From assembly GCA_951406725.2 (NCBI GenBank), contig OX597829.1, positions 54,126,001-54,190,000 on the forward strand: DNA of 64,000 nt, written 5' to 3'. The stretch comes from Octopus vulgaris. Taxonomy: Eukaryota. The first letter of the stretch is position 1. Each line of letters opens with the position of its first letter. Below are positions 60,817-64,000 of this stretch, piece by piece. The notes under the pieces are model-generated. The model made no database searches. It was given only the letters and a program-made list of their open reading frames with translations, and had not been told where the DNA came from. The position numbers and the translations under genes were made by a program.

Positions 60817-62956
60817 TCATCATCATTTAACATCCATTGTCCATGCTGGCATGGGTTGGATGGTTTGACCAGGGCTGGCCAGCTGGAAGGCAGTACCAGA
60901 CTCCTGTCTGATTTGGCATGGTTTCCATTGCCAGACATCCCTCCTAATGCCAACCACCCTGAGAATGTAATGGGTGCCATTTGTGTAACACCAGTATCTG
61001 TCACTAATGCAATTTTACTTGGCTTGATGGATCTTCTCAAGCACGGTATAATGCCATATGGACTCAGTCGTTGCCTCCGTAAGGCCCAACTCTTGAATGG
61101 TGCTTTTTATGTGCTACTGGCACCAGTGCCAGTTATGTGACACCAGCATCAGCCATGACTATGATTTCTCTTGGCTTGATGGGTCTTCTCGAGCACAGCA
61201 TATCACCAAAGGTCTTGGTCATTAGTCATTGCTTCTGTGAGGCCCAAAGTTTGAAGATCATGCTTCACCATCTTGTCCCAAGTTTTCCTGGGTCTACCTC
61301 TTTACACAGCTGTCTTCATCCATGACCATACCAGCACAGTCATCACTCTTGCACACCATATCTGATGCCTCTTCTGCCCAACTTTTTTCTCATGATGCTT
61401 ACACTCTGTTGAACATGCACACTGACATTGCAAATCCAGTGAAGCATACTGGCTTCATTTCTTTCAATCCTACGGATGTCCTTGGCTGTTACAGTTCATG
61501 CTTCACTGCTGTGTAGCATAGCTGTTCGCACACAGGCATTATACAATCTACCTTTATACTCTGAGCGAGAGGCCCTTTGTTACCAGCAGAGGTAGGAGCT
61601 CTGCACTTTGCCCGGCCTAATCTTATTCTCACAGCTATGCTTCTCATAGCATCCACCTCTGCTACTGACTTGATTACCTAGATAATGGAAGCTATCTACT
61701 ATCTCTAGCTTACCCCACTGGCAGTTGATGGGGTCTATTTTCTGTACATTTTCAGTGTTCATTGTACTTGTGCATCTTCCGCACACAAAGGCTATTTTCC
61801 CTCTTAGCTTTCCTCTGATATTGCTGCACCTCTTATGTGTCCAAAGCTTACACCAGGTACATCTTATGGAGTTTCTACCTAGTCCTTTTCTATAAATGAG
61901 CAGGGCCATCTACCTGAAGGTTATTTGTGATCTTTCTGCCTTCCTACTTCCTAAGACTTTGATTTTGGCTAGATCAACTCTAAGGCCCTTTGATTCTAGA
62001 TCATGATTCCATAGTTCTAGTAGTGATTCAGCTATAAGAACAAGGTCATCAACATAGAGGAGCTCCCAGGGGTAGTCTGTCTTAAATTTCTCTGTTATTG
62101 CCTGGAGGACTATGATGAACAAGAGAGGGCTGAGCACTGATCCTTGGTGAACCCCTAATTGTACCCTGAATTCTTCACTGTGCTGGTAGCATCCCTGTAC
62201 ATGGCTTGTACAGCTTTCATCAACCACTTGTCTATCCCTAGTTTCCACATTGACCACCAGATAAGGGATCAGGGGACCCTGTCAAAGGCTTTCTCCTTGT
62301 CAACAAAAGCCAAGTACAAAGGTTTATCTTTGGCTATGTATTTCTCCTGCAGCTGCCTTACCAGAAGTATATCATCAGTGGTGCTTTTCCCTGGCACAAG
62401 ACCAAACTACTATCAACCTAATTTATTGGATATGACCTTCTCTGTAACTATCATCACTTGATCCAACAATTTCTTACCTCTGTAATTATTTACCTTTACC
62501 CTTGTAGCAGTTGACTATGGTGCTGCTACACCAGTCATTGGGTACAACTCCTTCATGAACCACCTGATTTACAATATGGTTGACTAGGCCATAACCCACA
62601 CTGCCAGATATCTTGAGCACCTCAGCAGTGATTCCTGGTGGGCCAGGGGCTTTCCCTGTCTTCATATCCTAAATTGCTTTATCCACCAGGGTACTGTCGA
62701 TTTGGGCAGCTGGTCACTCAATTGGATCAACATTTGACAGACTTTCTTCCTCCCATTCATTCTCCATGTTTAGCATCTCCAAGCCTCTTTCTTTGCAGAA
62801 TCATTAAATGCAAGTGCACCATTATCCATGCGGACACATTTCTCTCCTTTGACATCACAGTTTTCACACAGTCTTGCAATCCAAAACACTTCAATTCTTT
62901 GATCTTCACATCACTGGACATAGGCAAACTTCTTCTTTTCTACTTCTCCCTTGGCT

Positions 62957-63003
<47 letters not shown>

Positions 63004-63170
63004 TATACACTTGTCTCCTAGCTTCCTTTCTGGCTATCTGATATGGTTCCCTGCTGCCCCAACTTTTCCAGGCATTCCAGACCCGTTTCTTTGTTCTAAT
63101 GATCCTGTTTACAGCATCATTCCACCACGATGTCACCCTAGGCCAGGATGGGACTTAGCAAATATATGAA
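60817..63170 (-). mobile_element. 5'-truncated RTE-clade LINE, antisense in CLUH intron 17
   Basis: SWWNDAV, FVDKEKAFD, GVHQGSVLSPLLFIIVL, ELLYVDDL, C/H-rich finger; (CAT)n tail at 60817. Confidence 0.9.
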
Positions 63171-63426
63171 TATATATACATGTATGCATACATATATACA
63201 TACATGTTTAGATGCATATTTTTTATTAGCAGTATTGGTTCAGAATTGCATTTTGTATATCTTAGTGTGAATATACTATAAAAAACCACAAAACTATAGT
63301 ATACCCACACAAGTATACCTGGACTTAATGCTGGTGACAGTAATTAATGACTGCTCTTAAAATTTAACTGAAACTAAAAGCATTTTTTAAATCCATTCTA
63401 AAATCAAATTTTTTTCTATTCTTCAG

Positions 63427-63532
63427 TTGATGAAAATGAATTGAGCAAAGAATTAAGGTCATATGGTTTTCCTCGTCCACATAAACATAAATTGGCCTGC
63501 TTACGTCAGGAATTAACAGAAGCATTTGTTGA
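63427..63532 (+). CDS. CLUH: CLUH exon 18 (gene continues past the window)
   Basis: ttcag|TT..GA|gtaagt; [36 protein letters not shown]. Confidence 0.95.
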
Positions 63533-64000
63533 GTAAGTATATGTTAACTTTTAAAATCCCATAATGCTTTTCTCCAAATAAATTTTCTGTTTGAAACTAG
63601 AAATTTTGATGAAGTGCAGTTAGACCAGTATAAAACTCATAGAAATGTAACTATTGCATGAATTTGGATGAAATTTGCTGATATCATGTATTGGTTGCTG
63701 GAGAACATTGTGAATAGGATTTTTACCTGTTGCCATGTCATGTTCACCTGTCCTGATAGGTTTATTACAGGTAAATTGATGACATGTTGGTATTTTCAAT
63801 TATATTTATAAGATATCTGTTCCTGTTAATTGATTTCCTGTCTCGGAGTTGAATAAGACTTTTGTCATCTTGTGGCTATAGTAGCAGACACTTGCCCAAG
63901 GTGTCATGCAGTGGGACTGAACCTGGAAATATGTGATTGGGAAGTAAACTTCTTACCACACTGCTATGCTCGTGCTTCGTTATCTCCACTTTTATCAACT

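Overview
AT-rich, repeat-dense animal genomic DNA. The SINE/RTE/MITE content and microsatellites suggest a coleoid cephalopod, probably Octopus (inference). Two spliced protein-coding genes lie in tandem on the + strand, reconstructed by hand from GT/AG boundaries and phase matching: the last four exons of AASDH (PQQ-type beta-propeller C-terminus, 904..12550) and the first 18 coding exons of CLUH/clueless (27162..63532, continuing beyond the window). The remainder is intron or intergenic sequence with RTE, R4/Dong and CR1-like LINE remnants, tRNA-derived SINEs, mariner (DD34D-type) and maT (DD37D) remnants, TTAA piggyBac-type MITEs, Penelope-like fold-backs and tandem repeats. Most ORFs in the supplied track are repeat artefacts. 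No clearly new multi-gene system is visible. The most notable signals are CLUH exons that regenerate a 5' splice site after splicing, a 64-bp hairpin array built from a SINE promoter, long intronic hairpins with hammerhead-like cores, and a PHD-type finger inside the RTE reverse transcriptase region.
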